A stretch of DNA of 62,993 nucleotides, filler included, from Reticulomyxa filosa (GCA_000512085.1; 18 parts of 18 records of this genome joined end to end with filler, not necessarily neighbours in it); one strand, 5' to 3'. Shown: positions 47,755 through 60,912, counted from the first letter of the whole stretch. Made by a program: numbers and translations. Notes: generated from the letters alone by a model not told the origin.

Positions 47755-47778
47755 GGCTCTTCTGCGTTTCTTGTTGGT
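47755..47778 (+). mobile_element. Left inverted repeat of a second ISL3-family copy
   Basis: ggctcttctgcgtttcttgttggt is the exact reverse complement of 45152-45175. The sequence beyond the 24 bp differs from the left copy, so this is the opposite end of the element. Confidence 0.8.
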
Positions 47779-48019
47779 ATTGGCCCCGGACTAAGAGCTC
47801 GTAGTTTTTGGCCACTTTGTTATTTTCAATAAAAAAATTTTATGTAAATTTAGGGAGCTGTGAAGATTTATGCGAAAAAGTAGCCTAAGGCTGCAGAGCT
47901 GATGAAACCTACATCACAAAGTGGTATTTTTAAGAATTCAGTAAAAATCATTCAATAAAAAGACAAGGTTCAAGATAACCAGTTATTTCTTGTAAAAGGC
48001 TGTTACTCGGCATTCTTAT

Positions 48020-48241
48020 CAGGGCGATCGGATGAAATAAATACAAAATAGTTGAGAAAAAGAGAGGAAAGTAGAAGCATAGAGGTATAAACCAAAAGAG
48101 AGGTTATATGCCATCAAGCAATAAGAGTTTTATAAACTATTTTAATGAGATAAGAGATCCAAGGCAGGAAGCAAAGGTCATTCATAGGTTAGATGAATTA
48201 TTTCTAGTAACATTATGCGGAGTAATAAGCGGAGCAGATAA
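48020..48241 (+). mobile_element. ISAs1-family IS left end and transposase N-terminus (CDS 48108 to gap)
   Basis: Terminal CAGGGCGATCGGATGAA, typical of ISAs1 ends; SD GAGG; MPSSNKSFINYFNEIRDPRQEAKVIHRLDELFLVTLCGVISGAD is the ISAs1 DPR...H.L...L..LC.VISGAD motif. Confidence 0.9.
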
Positions 48242-48656
48242 NNNNNNNNNNNNNNNNNNNNNNNNNNNNNNNNNNNNNNNNNNNNTTAATTAATTAANNN
48301 NNNNNNNNNNNNNNNNNNNNNNNNNNNNNNNNNNNNNNNNNACTGAGGGTTATCATTTAAACTTTGCATTTTTGTAAAACAAGTTGCAGTGATAAGTTGT
48401 TAAATATAATATAATTACGCCGATCTCAAAATCGATCTAATTTCTTGATATAAGTAGAATAATGTGGACTCGAGCAAAATTATCATTATTTTTAAATAGC
48501 AGTTATTTTGCAAGAAGACGAGTGGTTTCAAGTGCAAAACAAGATCGAAGGAAAAGAGTTGAATCTTTTTTGGAGATATTGTTGCAAAAACTCCAAAGAG
48601 AGAAACGAAAATCTAAGATAAATTTTCATTCGGAATAGGCCTGATCTCTACAAGAT

Positions 48657-49744
48657 ATGTTGAATTGGTTCCGAAAAAAGCCTGATGCTAAGTATGCGGA
48701 ACAATTAGCGCAGCTGCATAAAAAGGGCTACACCGACGAGAAGCGCAACATGGAGAAGCTGGACCTTTATGGCGGCGATGTGAACCTTGTCATAATTGAC
48801 TATGACATGGAGAAGGCGACAAACAATCCTCCAGCAGTTGTTTAATTTTTTGTGTTGTTTGTGTCCCCTTGAATGTCTTTTGTGTCAATTTTGTTTGCAT
48901 TGTTCCTACCCGAGTAATTAAACAAACAAATGAAACAAATAAAACAAAAAGAAGCAAGCAAAGCCAAGTGAATCAAATACCAAGAGCGTAACAGCGGACA
49001 GTCACCGAGAGGAGCCAAAACAAATGTCGTCAGCGGCCAACACGACCAGCGGGGAGACAACAACACAGCACCACAAGCAAGAGCCGGAAAAGACAGCGAA
49101 GAGCCAAGAGTCGACAACAGAAGCAACACACGAACAAGCACAAGCAAAAGGGACAACAGAATCAAAAGGGATAAAAAAAGAAGACGAAAAAGCAAAAGAG
49201 CAAGAAAAAGCAAAAAGTGAACAAAAACATGTGCCAAAGCCGGAGGTCGCGACTGAGCAGAAAGTGCCAGAAAAAGTCGAACCACAACCAACAAAGCCAC
49301 CACCAGTTTTTACAATTTTCATTGATACAAATACAAATATTAAAAAAAAAAAAAAAATATATATATGTATATATATAAATAAATAAATGTAAATACAAAT
49401 ATACATACAATTGAGAAATATACATTAATCTTTGATTCGAGTGCGCCAAACAAATCAATACACAAAAACAAATGATTATATATTTGCAGACGGTGACACT
49501 TCTTAGAAACTTGAATGGATTGCACGCATACGATTTGCGTAATGTATTTTATGCGTCGGGCGACAAGTTAATTTGTGAAATATTGTATTCTTATTCCATT
49601 AACGGCACTGATCTTTACGATTATGTCAAGGTCAATTCTTTGCTGACAAATGTCAACCAAATGTTGGCTTTTGAAAATGAATCTAATTACTTGCATTATG
49701 TCCACGAAATTGAAAAAACGTTTGCAGTTAACTTTTTTTTTTAA

Positions 49745-49775
<31 letters not shown>

Positions 49776-50521
49776 GTGTGCAAAAGAAATTTCCTCGCCA
49801 AGAAATATCCTTTAGAAGAAATTTCCTGAAAACAAACAAAAAAATTTGCCCCCTTTTTTTTTTCCTCCCCTCATTGCCTTTCCTCACTCTTCTGTCACCT
49901 CTTTTTCTTTTTGCTCTCTTTGACAACAGAAACATGGAGTGATACAAAGTAATAATCGCACAACCACTCCAACGACGGTCGCGTCAAAAGCAACCGACAC
50001 AGGACGAGTGAGAAGAGACGAAACGAAGAGTGACGAAAAGATCGACGACAAAATGATCTCTTCTCAGGTTTGCGCAGCCTTACAAAAGTACCACCCCAAG
50101 TTGGCGCAGAGATTGTACTCGTTCTCTGTGGATGGTGCCACTTTATTCACTTTGTCTTACCAAGCCATTGCTCGCTTGACCGGAGTGACACCTCAGGAAC
50201 TCAGTGAAGATGCTTGGCACAAAATCGCCCACGATTTGGGTTTACCAAAAATCGTCGTTGAGCTTTTGTTTTTTTCTATTTAACAACTCGTTAGAATTTA
50301 CATATACATATATGTATATATGTATATATGTATATATGTATATATGTTTATATTTGCATTCAGTGCCCTTCCAAACTATAATGCCTCTATCATCTCAATG
50401 AACTTGTTCATTGTTCCAAAAAAATTTATGTTGAACCTTTTGCATATGAATGTGCATCACGTATTATGCTTGCATATGTGCGTGTGTGTGTGTGGGGGTA
50501 AAAGGGGGGGGAAAAAAAAAA
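48657..50521 (+). CDS. Multi-exon protein with an N-terminal UBA domain, charged linker and SAM-like domain
   Basis: KYAEQLAQLHKKGYTDEKRNMEKLDLYGGDVNLVI (UBA); E/K/Q-rich linker; LQKYHPKLAQRLYSFSVDGATLFTLSYQAIARLTGV (SAM-like). Confidence 0.6.
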
Positions 50522-50621
50522 NNNNNNNNNNNNNNNNNNNNNNNNNNNNNNNNNNNNNNNNNNNNTTAATTAATTAANNNNNNNNNNNNNNNNNNNNNNN
50601 NNNNNNNNNNNNNNNNNNNNN

Positions 50622-51651
50622 GCAGCTTTTCCATTTCCGGATCGTTCGGCCAGCCGAACCATGCCTTGTCGCCGTTCGCGACCATGTAGGAGGTCGAGAT
50701 CGGGTTCAGGATGTCCGCCGCCACCGAGAATGTGTGGAAGATGTTCCAGCCGCCCTGACTCACGGGACCCTTGTTGGTTCGACGCGTGACGACGGTTTGC
50801 CAGTCCATCGACTGCATGTCGACCTTGAAGCCACCCTGTTCGAGCAGCGCCTTTGTCACAGGGGCCATGTTGGTGAGAACCGGCAGGGTCGTCGACTGCA
50901 GGAGCACGATCGGCGTGCCGTCATAGCCCGCTTCCTTCAGCAGCGCCTTCGACTTCTCGAAGTTCGGCTTCACGAACAGGTCGCCCGGCGCATTGACGGC
51001 GTTGGGCGTGCCGCAGATGAAGGCGGCCGTGCACACTTTGTAGAACTCGGGCTCGCCGACGGTCGCCTTGAGATAGTCCTCCTGGCGGATGCTCAGCAGC
51101 GCGGCCTCGCGGATCTTCGGATTGTTGAACGGCGGCTGCAGCCAGTTCATGCGGAAGATGAACTGGTGGCCGAGCGGGTTCCAGTTGAAGAGCGTGACGC
51201 CCTTTTCCTTCTTGAGGATCGGGATCAGATCGTGCGGCGGCTGCTCGATGACGTCGATCTCGCCGGCGGCGATGGCGTTCACCTGCTGCTGCGGATCGGG
51301 CATCTCGATGATCTCGACGCGATCGACCTTGACCACCTTGCCGCCGGCGAGGCCCCGAGGGCGGCTCGGCGCGCGGCTTGTACTTGGTGTTCTTGGCGTA
51401 GACGTGCTTCTCGCCGGGCTTGGATTCGGCATTCACGTAGATGAACGGGCCGGAACCGATCTGGCTGTCGATCTGCTTGAAGGGATCGGTGTCGGCGACC
51501 CGCTTCGGCATCATGAACGGAACCTGCGACGACGGCTTGCCAGCGAATCGAGCACAGGCCGTAGGGCTCCTTCAGCACCATCTGGAAGGTCTTGGGATTG
51601 ACCTCCTTGAACTCCTTCACGAAGTCCATGAGCTTCTGGCCCATCGAATCG
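50622..51651 (-). CDS. Bacterial ABC transporter substrate-binding protein, family 5 (peptide/nickel), internal fragment with frameshifts
   Basis: GC-rich. IGSGPFIY, KYKPRAEPPSGLAGGKVVKVDRVE, RMNWLQPPFNNPKIREA, KALLKEAGYDGTPIV, FKVDMQSMDWQTVVTRR and AWFGWPND are typical of alphaproteobacterial DppA-like proteins. Confidence 0.9.
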
Positions 51652-54171
51652 NNNNNNNNNNNNNNNNNNNNNNNNNNNNNNNNNNNNNNNNNNNNTTAAT
51701 TAATTAANNNNNNNNNNNNNNNNNNNNNNNNNNNNNNNNNNNNNNNNNNNNCAGAAATGGAAACATCATGTCGCGTTTAAAAAAACCGACAAACATTGGA
51801 AGTTGTTGAAATTATTCGTCTCACTAATAACACAAGTTGTTGGTTTGTTTGGGCTTATCAACTATTGGACAAAAGCTGTCACATTACAATTGGCTTATTC
51901 GAAATGAAAAAGCAAAAGTGTATTAATCCAAAAGGATAGTTCATGCAAGCCTCTTCGCTTAATTGTTTTGAAAAAATTGTTAGCGTCTTCTTCGCATTTT
52001 TACAAGCAACTGCAAAAAAAGAACACGCATTTTTGAACAATTAAAATTTTCCGGAAAAAACTAACAACTTTTTTGAAAATCAATGCAATCGACAAAATCC
52101 AAAGTAAGTTTATTTTGTTCCCTTTTTTCTTATACAAATTACTTACTTTCCTTATTTTATTGTTATTTACTTGTTTTTTTGTTGAAAACTCACTCAAGAA
52201 AGTTATACTTTCATATTACATTTTGTGAGCATCAAGTCATCACACAATAATCAAGTTATTCTAAAGACTATAAAATCCAACACTAAACAAAAGAAATACT
52301 GACTGACTTAAATTACAACAAACACTTTTGAGATAAATTAATGGAATAGCATAAGATTTTCATATCAATTAAGCTGCCCTTTTAAAACCAAAACAAAAAT
52401 ATACTGAAAAATCTTTTATGATAAATAATTAAATTGCATTACGTGTCAATCTTAATTTGTACTTTTTTTGCAATCTTTACATGTAAAAACAAGAAATATT
52501 CGAATTTAAGGAACTATTTTATAAAATATTGTATTGTGACGAAAAAAGAACCAAAGGGAGAAACAATTTTTTTAAAATTTTTTCCATCTTTATTGCAATC
52601 ATTTGGAATAATGACAGCGCTATTCATCTCATTGATGGAAATACTGATATTGACAATATTTTGTTGGCTATACATAGCTAAAGCAAAGCTGTCAGCTACC
52701 TCCAGTTTGCTGCTCATTTCTATTTCTCTTGCTTTCTTTTTTTTTATAGATACAAAGAAGAAAAAAAAATATATGATAGCCGTTTCGTTTGTTTTCCTTC
52801 CTCCTTAGCAAGTATTGTACGTATTTATTTAGAGAGATGCTTTACATGAGCGAGTTCCAAACAATACGACATTGGGAGTGTGTGTTGCAACGGGACGACA
52901 GGTGTAAACGCGCAATGTTGGTGGAAAGATTTGTTGCCTTCGACGACATACGATGACGTGATGGTCTCTTGTAGCGATAACAATGGACATACATGCAAAG
53001 TAAAAGAGCTGAACACAGGACTGTGCTGTGGGTGAGCAACGACGCGCGCAATTGTGGACTGCCGATCAATGACAAAATTAATCTGAGTAATCAACGATAA
53101 AGAGATAGATAAAAAGGAACTTTCTTTGTAACTACTCTATCACTTAATCAATACATACGTAATTAAAATATCCATGTACGTATACATAATTTATATGTAA
53201 ATTATTAGCATATAATAATTTTTTTGTTTGCACTTTTGTTAAAAAAAGGTGAAAGAAGATATTATGGCTCAAGTGTGGTGACACAAATAATAAAAAAAAA
53301 TGGACATACCAAATGACAACATGATTGACTCGACGAAAGTGATATTGCGTCTTTGTACAAGAATTAGAGCATCAATCCAAACGCGATGCATCAATGAAAA
53401 AGTTTTGTAATCACAATACGAGCACGAGCCTTACATTAGTGGTGGATAGTAGCGACAGTGGGAACAGCAGCAACAACAACAGCTACGTGCTGGAGTTGGA
53501 TAACAATGACAACGGCAAGCGCCAGTGACATTTCCGACAGATCAGTCTGTGGTCTGTGTATATGCCGATAGACAAATTGTCGTCGTTGATAAATGGCTTT
53601 GTGAAAGGAGAGTACGATTTGCGGATCTTGGAAGGTTCAGACGACAACATAGGTTATGTGATTCTAGACAACAATCGATTGATTTACTGGTGTCTGCAGG
53701 TGCAAACCAAGACAATTGTTCGAGTCTTCACCGCCTTCTTTGTCGACACAAGCGACGAGTTATTATCACATATGTTGTCCGTTCTCGTCCTTGCAGTTTT
53801 GATCAGTTGGGTAACTTGATTCAATCCAATGTCTAAGCTATCTTGTTTTCATGAATGATATATATTCGGACCTGTTCACTTGCCCAGACAATACAAACTT
53901 GTTTGGATGTTATTAGTTCAGTTTTTTTTTAAAAAAAAGTGGATTGGCCAAAAAAAAAAATTGTTGTTTTATGTTTATGTATGTAACATATATNNNNNNN
54001 NNNNNNNNNNNNNNNNNNNNNNNNNNNNNNNNNNNNNTTAATTAATTAANNNNNNNNNNNNNNNNNNNNNNNNNNNNNNNNNNNNNNNNNNNNGAATTTC
54101 AAGCACATACATAACACTTTTTTTTTTTTTAAAAAAAAAAAAAATTTTTATTTGTTTATTGTTTGCAACTA

Positions 54172-54738
54172 GATGAGCAATACATGAGCAAAGAAGGGCT
54201 GGAACAAGCATTGGAGAGTTTAGGTATAAAATTGGTTGACGAACAAACCAAAGTGAAAGTATTCGACTATTTCAACTTCAAGGAGGACACGGTGGAAGAG
54301 GTCGGGAGCAAGGCTGGGTGTATCGACTTTTTTGATTTTTGCAGTTGTTTGAATGCACTTGCGGATGAAAGTGATCGTGAGTCTGCTTCAGTGCTCTTCT
54401 TGTGCCACGATCACGATCATGATGGATTATTAACGATTGAGGACGTTATTCGCCTGCTGTTGGCCCAAAACCTTATTCTTGCTACTATTAACGGAGGCTT
54501 TAAGCCGACTTCCATTATACGATATTCCAAACCCACCATTCTTAATCACGCTTATGCATTATTGCAACACGATACTACTCATTCCAACGCTGTCACTCAG
54601 TTTTTTTTTTTTTTTTTTTTTTTTTTGCAACCCGTTTCCACGGTTCCGACATATGTCTATTCCTTTGTGTCTTTGTTTAGGTTGTCATTTGATAATTTCA
54701 TGGCGGTGAGAGGCATTTCCAAATCTTATTCGGAATAA
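54172..54738 (+). CDS. EF-hand calcium-binding protein (calcineurin B/NCS-like), 3' part
   Basis: GCIDFFDFCSCL followed by LFLCHDHDHDGLLTIEDV (EF loop DxDxDG.LT.ED); last exon RLSFDNF. Confidence 0.65.
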   Translation, partial: DEQYMSKEGLEQALESLGIKLVDEQTKVKVFDYFNFKEDTVEEVGSKAGCIDFFDFCSCLNALADESDRESASVLFLCHDHDHDGLLTIEDVIRLLLAQNLILATINGGFKPTSIIRYSKPTILNHAYALLQHDTTHSNAVTQFFFFFFFFLQPVSTVPTYVYSFVSLFRLSFDNFMAVRGISKSYSE

Positions 54739-55353
54739 TTTGTTATTCCAAACTAACCCATAAAAAAAAAAAAAAAACAAGAGAAATATCAAAGTTTCCA
54801 ATTCTTTATTTTATTTTGTTTTGTTTAGTTTTCATGAACTTTGTTTTTTTCTCAATCTCTCTTCATGTACCACCTTGTCGTTTGTTGTGTAATGGGTGAG
54901 TGTTTCTTGTGTTTGTGCAGTTTTATTGTTGTGTTAACGGGATCGGATTTTCTTTCTGTAGCATTTGAACACACAACAGTAACACAATCAATTCACGTTC
55001 ACTCTTTTTTTAAATTTTTTTTAAAGGGAAAAAAAATCTGATATTTCGGACAAAGATTTATTCTACCTGTTTATTTCAGTGACAAGTTTACCGCTTTTTT
55101 TCTAGTTTTTTTCTATGTTTAATTTCTATGATCTTTCTGCCAACGAAAGAAACGTTTTTGATCTTTGATCTGATATTTTTCAAAACAAAAAAGCTTATTG
55201 CGGAAACAAATAAAACAGATGTTAAATGTTTTTTTGATATGTGTCAAAAAGTATTTTTTAAAAAACAAACTTCAGCAAAAATTTTGAAATTAAGAAGAAG
55301 GAGCGTGTTTACCCTTTCCTCTTCTAACCTGTCCAAGGCCCTTCATAAAATCG

Positions 55354-57373
55354 ATGAAATCAACAGAAAAGTCACGAAGATATACAGAACGACAAAAACC
55401 TCTTCTGGGACAAAATGACGCAGACTCTACAAATCCGTCAACAAGCTTTTGCACTCCAATGACGGTGATATTGTGCATTGGTTTATTATGGTTAGTCGCA
55501 ACAATGGTAATCCAATATAAGCTTTATTACATGGACTCGGTATCGACAGCATCTGCGTACATGTCTTTGCAAAATTTGATCAAATCAAGACATGCATTTT
55601 CCCCTTCAAAAAATGAGCCCTTGGAAAACAAAAACGATTTCGATTTGGGTAAGCGTTTCCAACAAGTGCATCCAAATGCGATAATAAATCTTCCAAACCA
55701 TTGGAAGATTGAGCAAGGCCTACAAGGAAGAGAGAACACTTTTGAAATTAATGAGCACATAATGCCCACACCATCTCCAGTCAAACAATACACAGGCCCT
55801 CCAACGTATCCTCTATATGCTGTGGACTACTTAGGTTATAAGTGGTGTTTGAAAAACAAAATATATGGACGTTATATAAAAAAAAATTTTAAAAAGATAA
55901 AAAAAAAATAATAAAAAAAAAGAGTCAGATATTAGTTTGGAAGATGCTCATGATCGTAAATTTGTAATGAAACGGTTGCAATATTGGAAACCAGGGATAG
56001 CAAAGCATAAAAGGAAGCATGACGGAGAAAAATCTAACAATGCGTCGGAAAATGAACCGCGAACTAAATATATGACATTTTGGACGGACTGTGGAGGATT
56101 TAATAACATTCGTATGGCATTTGAATACATGGTCATTGTGGCAAAATTAACCAATCGAATATTGGTTACCCCTCCGGAACAGGGATGGTATTTGATTGAT
56201 TGGGGAGAAATGTCCCGTATGAAGACGGAGGACCAGGGTGGACTCAGTGATTACTCCGGCTTTTTTGATTTTGAAGACTTAAACTTGGAGGTGGCCACTA
56301 TGACAACTTTGGAGTTTATCCACACTTTTGGAGAAACTGTTAATATGCCAGAAATATGGATACAACATGCAAAGACGAAATCACTCCAATACAGAATTGC
56401 AGAATGGATGAATGACTATAAAAAGTGGTGCAATGAATATGCCGATAAGCATAACTCGGACATGCCTTGGGGACCATTAGGGAATGTTTTATTTTGGCCA
56501 TCCATTACAGAAGTGCAAAAGAAACAAAGGGAACCCAGTGATGCCTTTCTCGCTAATCGTCGATCGGTGGAATACACACAAACACAACAAGACATGCCAT
56601 GGATACATTTTCCCAGCTGTGAAAAAGAAGATCCAGGCATCAGCCTGTTTGTTTTGTGTGTTTATTTGCTTGTTCCCATTTTTTATTTCTATTTTATTCA
56701 CGTAATTTTTTTTTTTTTTGGAACAGAGATTATCGCTATTTAGGGCAAATCAGCACATTTGTTTGGTTCAGTGATCGTAATGATGATCTAGCCTTACGTC
56801 GTGTCTTGCGCGATCATGTGCATTTACGCAAGGAGATCTTTGAATATGCATCTTATGCCATTGAATACTTGGGGTTGTTCCAATACGCGGCTTTACACAT
56901 TCGTAGAAATGAATTACAATATAAAGAATCGTTTATTGAAGCTACTGAATCACTGAAACACATACGACCATTGTAAAAAAGGATGAATCAATCTACATTA
57001 GCACTGATGAAACAGATCCCCTTTTTTTTCAAGGCACTTGAAAAGGAATTCGAAGTTTGGAAGTATCATGATTTGTTTGGAGATGGAAAGCCCTTGGAAC
57101 ATGTCCAAGTTCCAAGAAGATTGGAAGGAGTTGTCGAAATGGTTATTTGTGCTGCTGCACGCATTTTTTTTTGGAACGGATACTAGTACTTTCACTTCTT
57201 ATATTACTAGACTTAGAGGTTACGTTGACGCTCCTGATAAACACACGTACCATCACAACGAGCAATGGACAGGTAACTTAACAGAAGATTCCAAACGATA
57301 TGCAAATTTACGTGGAGATGTTTACATGGATGAATTCCCCGAAATGTGGGAAGACATTTATGGTACTGTTTAA
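55354..57373 (+). CDS. GDP-fucose protein O-fucosyltransferase-like (GT-B, POFUT family), type II membrane protein; several frameshifts
   Basis: N-terminal TM segment; DCGGFNNIRMAFEYMVIVAKLTNRILVTPP, YAALHIRRNELQY, IYISTDE and EMVICAAARIFFGTDTSTFTSYITRLRGY. Confidence 0.88.
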
Positions 57374-58009
57374 ATCGGATAATCTTTAAAATTTGATGAC
57401 AAAAGTACAATCTACTCAGTTTGAATTTTTACAAGTATTGTTAATCGGAAAATGTTTTTTTAACACAAATCATTAAAATGAGTTTCTTTAAACTTTCGAA
57501 AAAATTTAACCTTTCAAATCTGCAGAGATTTAAGTATCTTAATATTTTTAAAGATGGTGTGAAAAAATATAAATACATTTGTAGTTCAGGTTAAATGAAA
57601 CGTATTGACCACTTATTCATATTACACAGAAGTTGCATAAAGGTTGGCAAAATAACACTTTTCTCACAGACAACAACAGCTGTATAACAAAAAGTATTTT
57701 TGGGAGATGCTTTTTTCAGAACTAACAAATAAGTGTAATATAACCTCAGGTCACAAAACGAGAAAGGGGAGGAGGAGGCATACATTTTTCAATGTAAAAA
57801 GAAAATAGGAAAAAAAAAGGGAAAGAAAAAGGAGGTCTCCATCACACAAAAGCCCAGCTCAGGACACGTGCAAAGGAAAATTTAGCAAAAAAGTCACAAA
57901 AAACAGAAGCAAAATTAAAACAAAAAAAGGAGGTAAACAAAAACATGCATAATACACAATACACAAAAGGTAAAGGAAACAAAAAAATATAAAACATAGA
58001 GTGCCAATC

Positions 58010-59200
58010 TTACTCAGCACATGGCGTGTTTTCGTGCGGCGTATTGCGCGTAATAGCAGATGTGTCTCCTGAGGTCAACTGCTTTGTGTCCAGGGGGAGT
58101 GAAATTAAAGAATTTGATCTGACAGCATGAAAAAAGCTGACATTTAGATCAGTATGAATCTGAGAGGCTTCCATTTCGATATCAGCAAACCAGGGATGGG
58201 CTATTCCTTCTTCGACATCAATGCGTTTCTTGGGATCTTTCGTTAATAGTTTGGTCAGTAAATCTTTTGCCTATGTTTGTCGGATTGTAGGTATGTATAA
58301 ATGTACATTTATTTGAAAAGAGGAAAAAAAAAAAAAAAACAAAACACAAACTAATTGTAATAATTAACTGAAGTGGTGACTTTGTCCCACCGCGCATGAT
58401 TATTCAGCCGCAATGGTTTTGTCAAAGTTTTTTCAACTACTTCCTTTTTCGTTTTGCCATCGAACGGTAAAATTCCGCGCAGCAACAAATGCATGATGCA
58501 GCCTAAGCTCCACATGTCTACACGACGATCATACCGTTGCATTCCCAATACCTCCGGTGCAACATATGCAATTGTACCGCACGGCATTGTCATTTCAGCG
58601 TGTGGGGCAGCAAACTTGCTCAACCCAAAATCGGATATTACTATTTTTGTGTCATCGGTCGCATGTAGGCAAAGTATCTATTTTTGCGTATTGTTTATAT
58701 CAATTCAATTTATTATTATATTCGGAGTTAAAAAAGGAAGAAAAAAAAAAAAAATGTTGTTGTTGTTATTATTTATTTATTTTTTGCAAAACGTTTTCTG
58801 GTTTCAAATCTCTATGAACAATTCCCAAGCCGTGCAAATATTCCAACGCGTCCAACAATTTCCAAATGATGATTTTGACAACTTGCTCTTGAAAGACTTT
58901 TGGGGTCGTAGTTTTACTGTGCCATCGCTTAAACAAGTCCCCATGTTCGACCAAGGCCATGACCATATAAATCATCCTTTGATCCTCAAACACGTCAATC
59001 AAATTGATAATATAAGGGTGTTTTACTAGTTTCATTATCGCAATTTCGTTTCGCAAAGCCAACCGTTCGCGATTATCAATGCATTTTTTTTCCACTATTT
59101 TTATGGCGTATTTTTTTTTCGTTATTTTATTGCATCCTAAGTGAACGAAGCTAAAGTGTCCTTTTCCTAAAACTTCGCCGATGGTATAATGATCCTTTTG
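58010..59200 (-). CDS. CAMK-group Ser/Thr protein kinase, 5'-truncated, multi-exon
   Basis: LGKGHFSFV, YAIKI, EIAIM, HRDLKPEN, ISDFGLSK, CGTIAYVAPE, DMWSLG and AKDLLTKLLTKDPKKR...HPWF. Confidence 0.95.
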
Positions 59201-60912
59201 TGTGTGTGTGTGTGTNNNNNNNNNNNNNNNNNNNNNNNNNNNNNNNNNNNNNNNNNNNNTTAATTAATTAANNNNNNNNNNNNNNNNNNNNNNNNNNNNN
59301 NNNNNNNNNNNNNNNTTTTTAAAAGAAATTGTTAAAACCAGGTTGTCCTTAAAAAAAAAAATTAATAAACAGCAAAAAAAAACCCAAGAAAAAAATGACA
59401 TCACAAAAGCACGACCGAGTTCACAAAAAATGGTGTTGGACAACAATAAGCAATAACACACAAGACATTTTTGGGCAACTATTTGTTGAAGTCTTGGGGT
59501 TGTGCGGGTTGGGAAAGTCCAATGCCAACACACGAACCAATAAATCCACATACCCAGCCATATAACTTATCCATTGAAAAATTTTTTTCACTATTTTCCA
59601 AAATTTAAAGTTCAAAAAAATGTTTGATTGCAAAGTAAGTTGTTTCTTTTTTGTCCTTTCCTTGTTCCTTTTGTGGCGCACATAAAGAAAACAAACAAGC
59701 GAAATTGAACCATTACCTCCACATGCGCCGTCTTGACAACATGTTCCTAAAATTCCGAAAAAAAACATAACATTGTGATTGCTATCACCCATCCATGTTT
59801 GGCTCCGATGTGCATTTTAACTTTGTAGTAGTTTTCGGTCCTAACCTGTTTTTTGGAAAACAAATAAAAAAAACAACATAACGTCTGACTAGTGCCCCAC
59901 TGCTTTTTATTCTAAAAAACAAACAAGCTACCAAAATATTTGTTTTGGGTTTTTTTATCGATTCGAACTTTGTAAGATAGTGCTTTTTGAATGTCACCGA
60001 TCCCTTTTTCTGGTCTCAAAAGCCGGAAACTGAAGATAGTTAAAATTTTTAAAAATGACAAACATTGTACTTTCTCTTCATAAAACCTTAAAAACCGTGA
60101 AAAATCGTTTTTACGAATTTACGTTGGGTGGGTCCGGAAAGAGTCTTCCTTGTAATGACCCGTGAAACAAGAATTGTTCAAAACATTAAAAATATGTCAA
60201 TACAAACAAAATAGGAAGACCAACCCGTAAAAAGTGCACTGGAACAGTCACCGATCTCAAAAAATGATAAAAAAAAGGGAAAAAAATTAAACAAAGAAAC
60301 TAAAAAAAATCTTCTAAAAAAAAATGTAGAATACGTGTTAACTCGGCTCGTGCATGTGTCTTCAAACATAAATTCATGGACACAATAACTTATTTACAAC
60401 ATAATAAATCTATTTTGTTCTTATAAAAAGAAGTAACAATGAGCAATATGCATAAAATGGAAATTACATCATTGCTTTGTATTTTGTGCATTAGTTTTGT
60501 AAATCTTTTTCAATTCTATTTTTATAAACTAATAATTTTGAGCGAACAATTCCAGGCGATTTTGTCAAATTTGTTGAATTGTTTAGAAGTGATGTGATTT
60601 ACTTTTAGTGATTGATAAAATATATGTTATTACAAACCAAAAAACCAAAAGAAAAGCGTGAGCAGACAATAGTTCTTTTATTTTTTTAAAAAGAATGGAT
60701 TTGGCGAATGAACGTGGTGACAATCGTAACAAAAAAAACCCAGGCAATAGCCATCCTAGAAGATAGGTATGCTCAATTGTGCGTAAGAGAGATGTATTAT
60801 TTTTGTTCCTCTCCTCTTACTTTCATCCAATCTTTGGAAAAGGATGATTATCAATGATAAGCCAAAGGGAAGCAACAGTCCACAACAAACAAACAAAAAA
60901 AAAAAGGGGTCA

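Noticed and set aside
44441-48845. Functional linkage of the kinase operon to neighbouring eukaryotic genes
   Set aside because: They are separated by artificial linkers, so adjacency is meaningless.
48842-49458. Leu/Phe-rich minus-strand ORFs resembling membrane proteins
   Set aside because: Antisense to the K/E/Q-rich linker exon.
36968-51651. Bacterial genes as horizontal transfers into the protist genome
   Set aside because: Each bacterial-type sequence is confined to its own contig, with no introns and no junction to host DNA. Co-sequenced bacteria are the simpler explanation.
50734-51707. Long plus-strand ORFs (236, 170 and 88 aa)
   Set aside because: GC-rich antisense shadows of the ABC substrate-binding protein.
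52434-53836. Several overlapping ORFs on both strands in contig 16
   Set aside because: The region looks partly coding, but I could not build a consistent spliced model or recognise a family, so it is left uncalled.
58454-59029. 191-aa plus-strand ORF
   Set aside because: Antisense to the kinase exons; no recognisable motif.
59316-59792. Possible minus-strand membrane protein gene
   Set aside because: The frame is ambiguous, the gene is truncated and no family was recognised.
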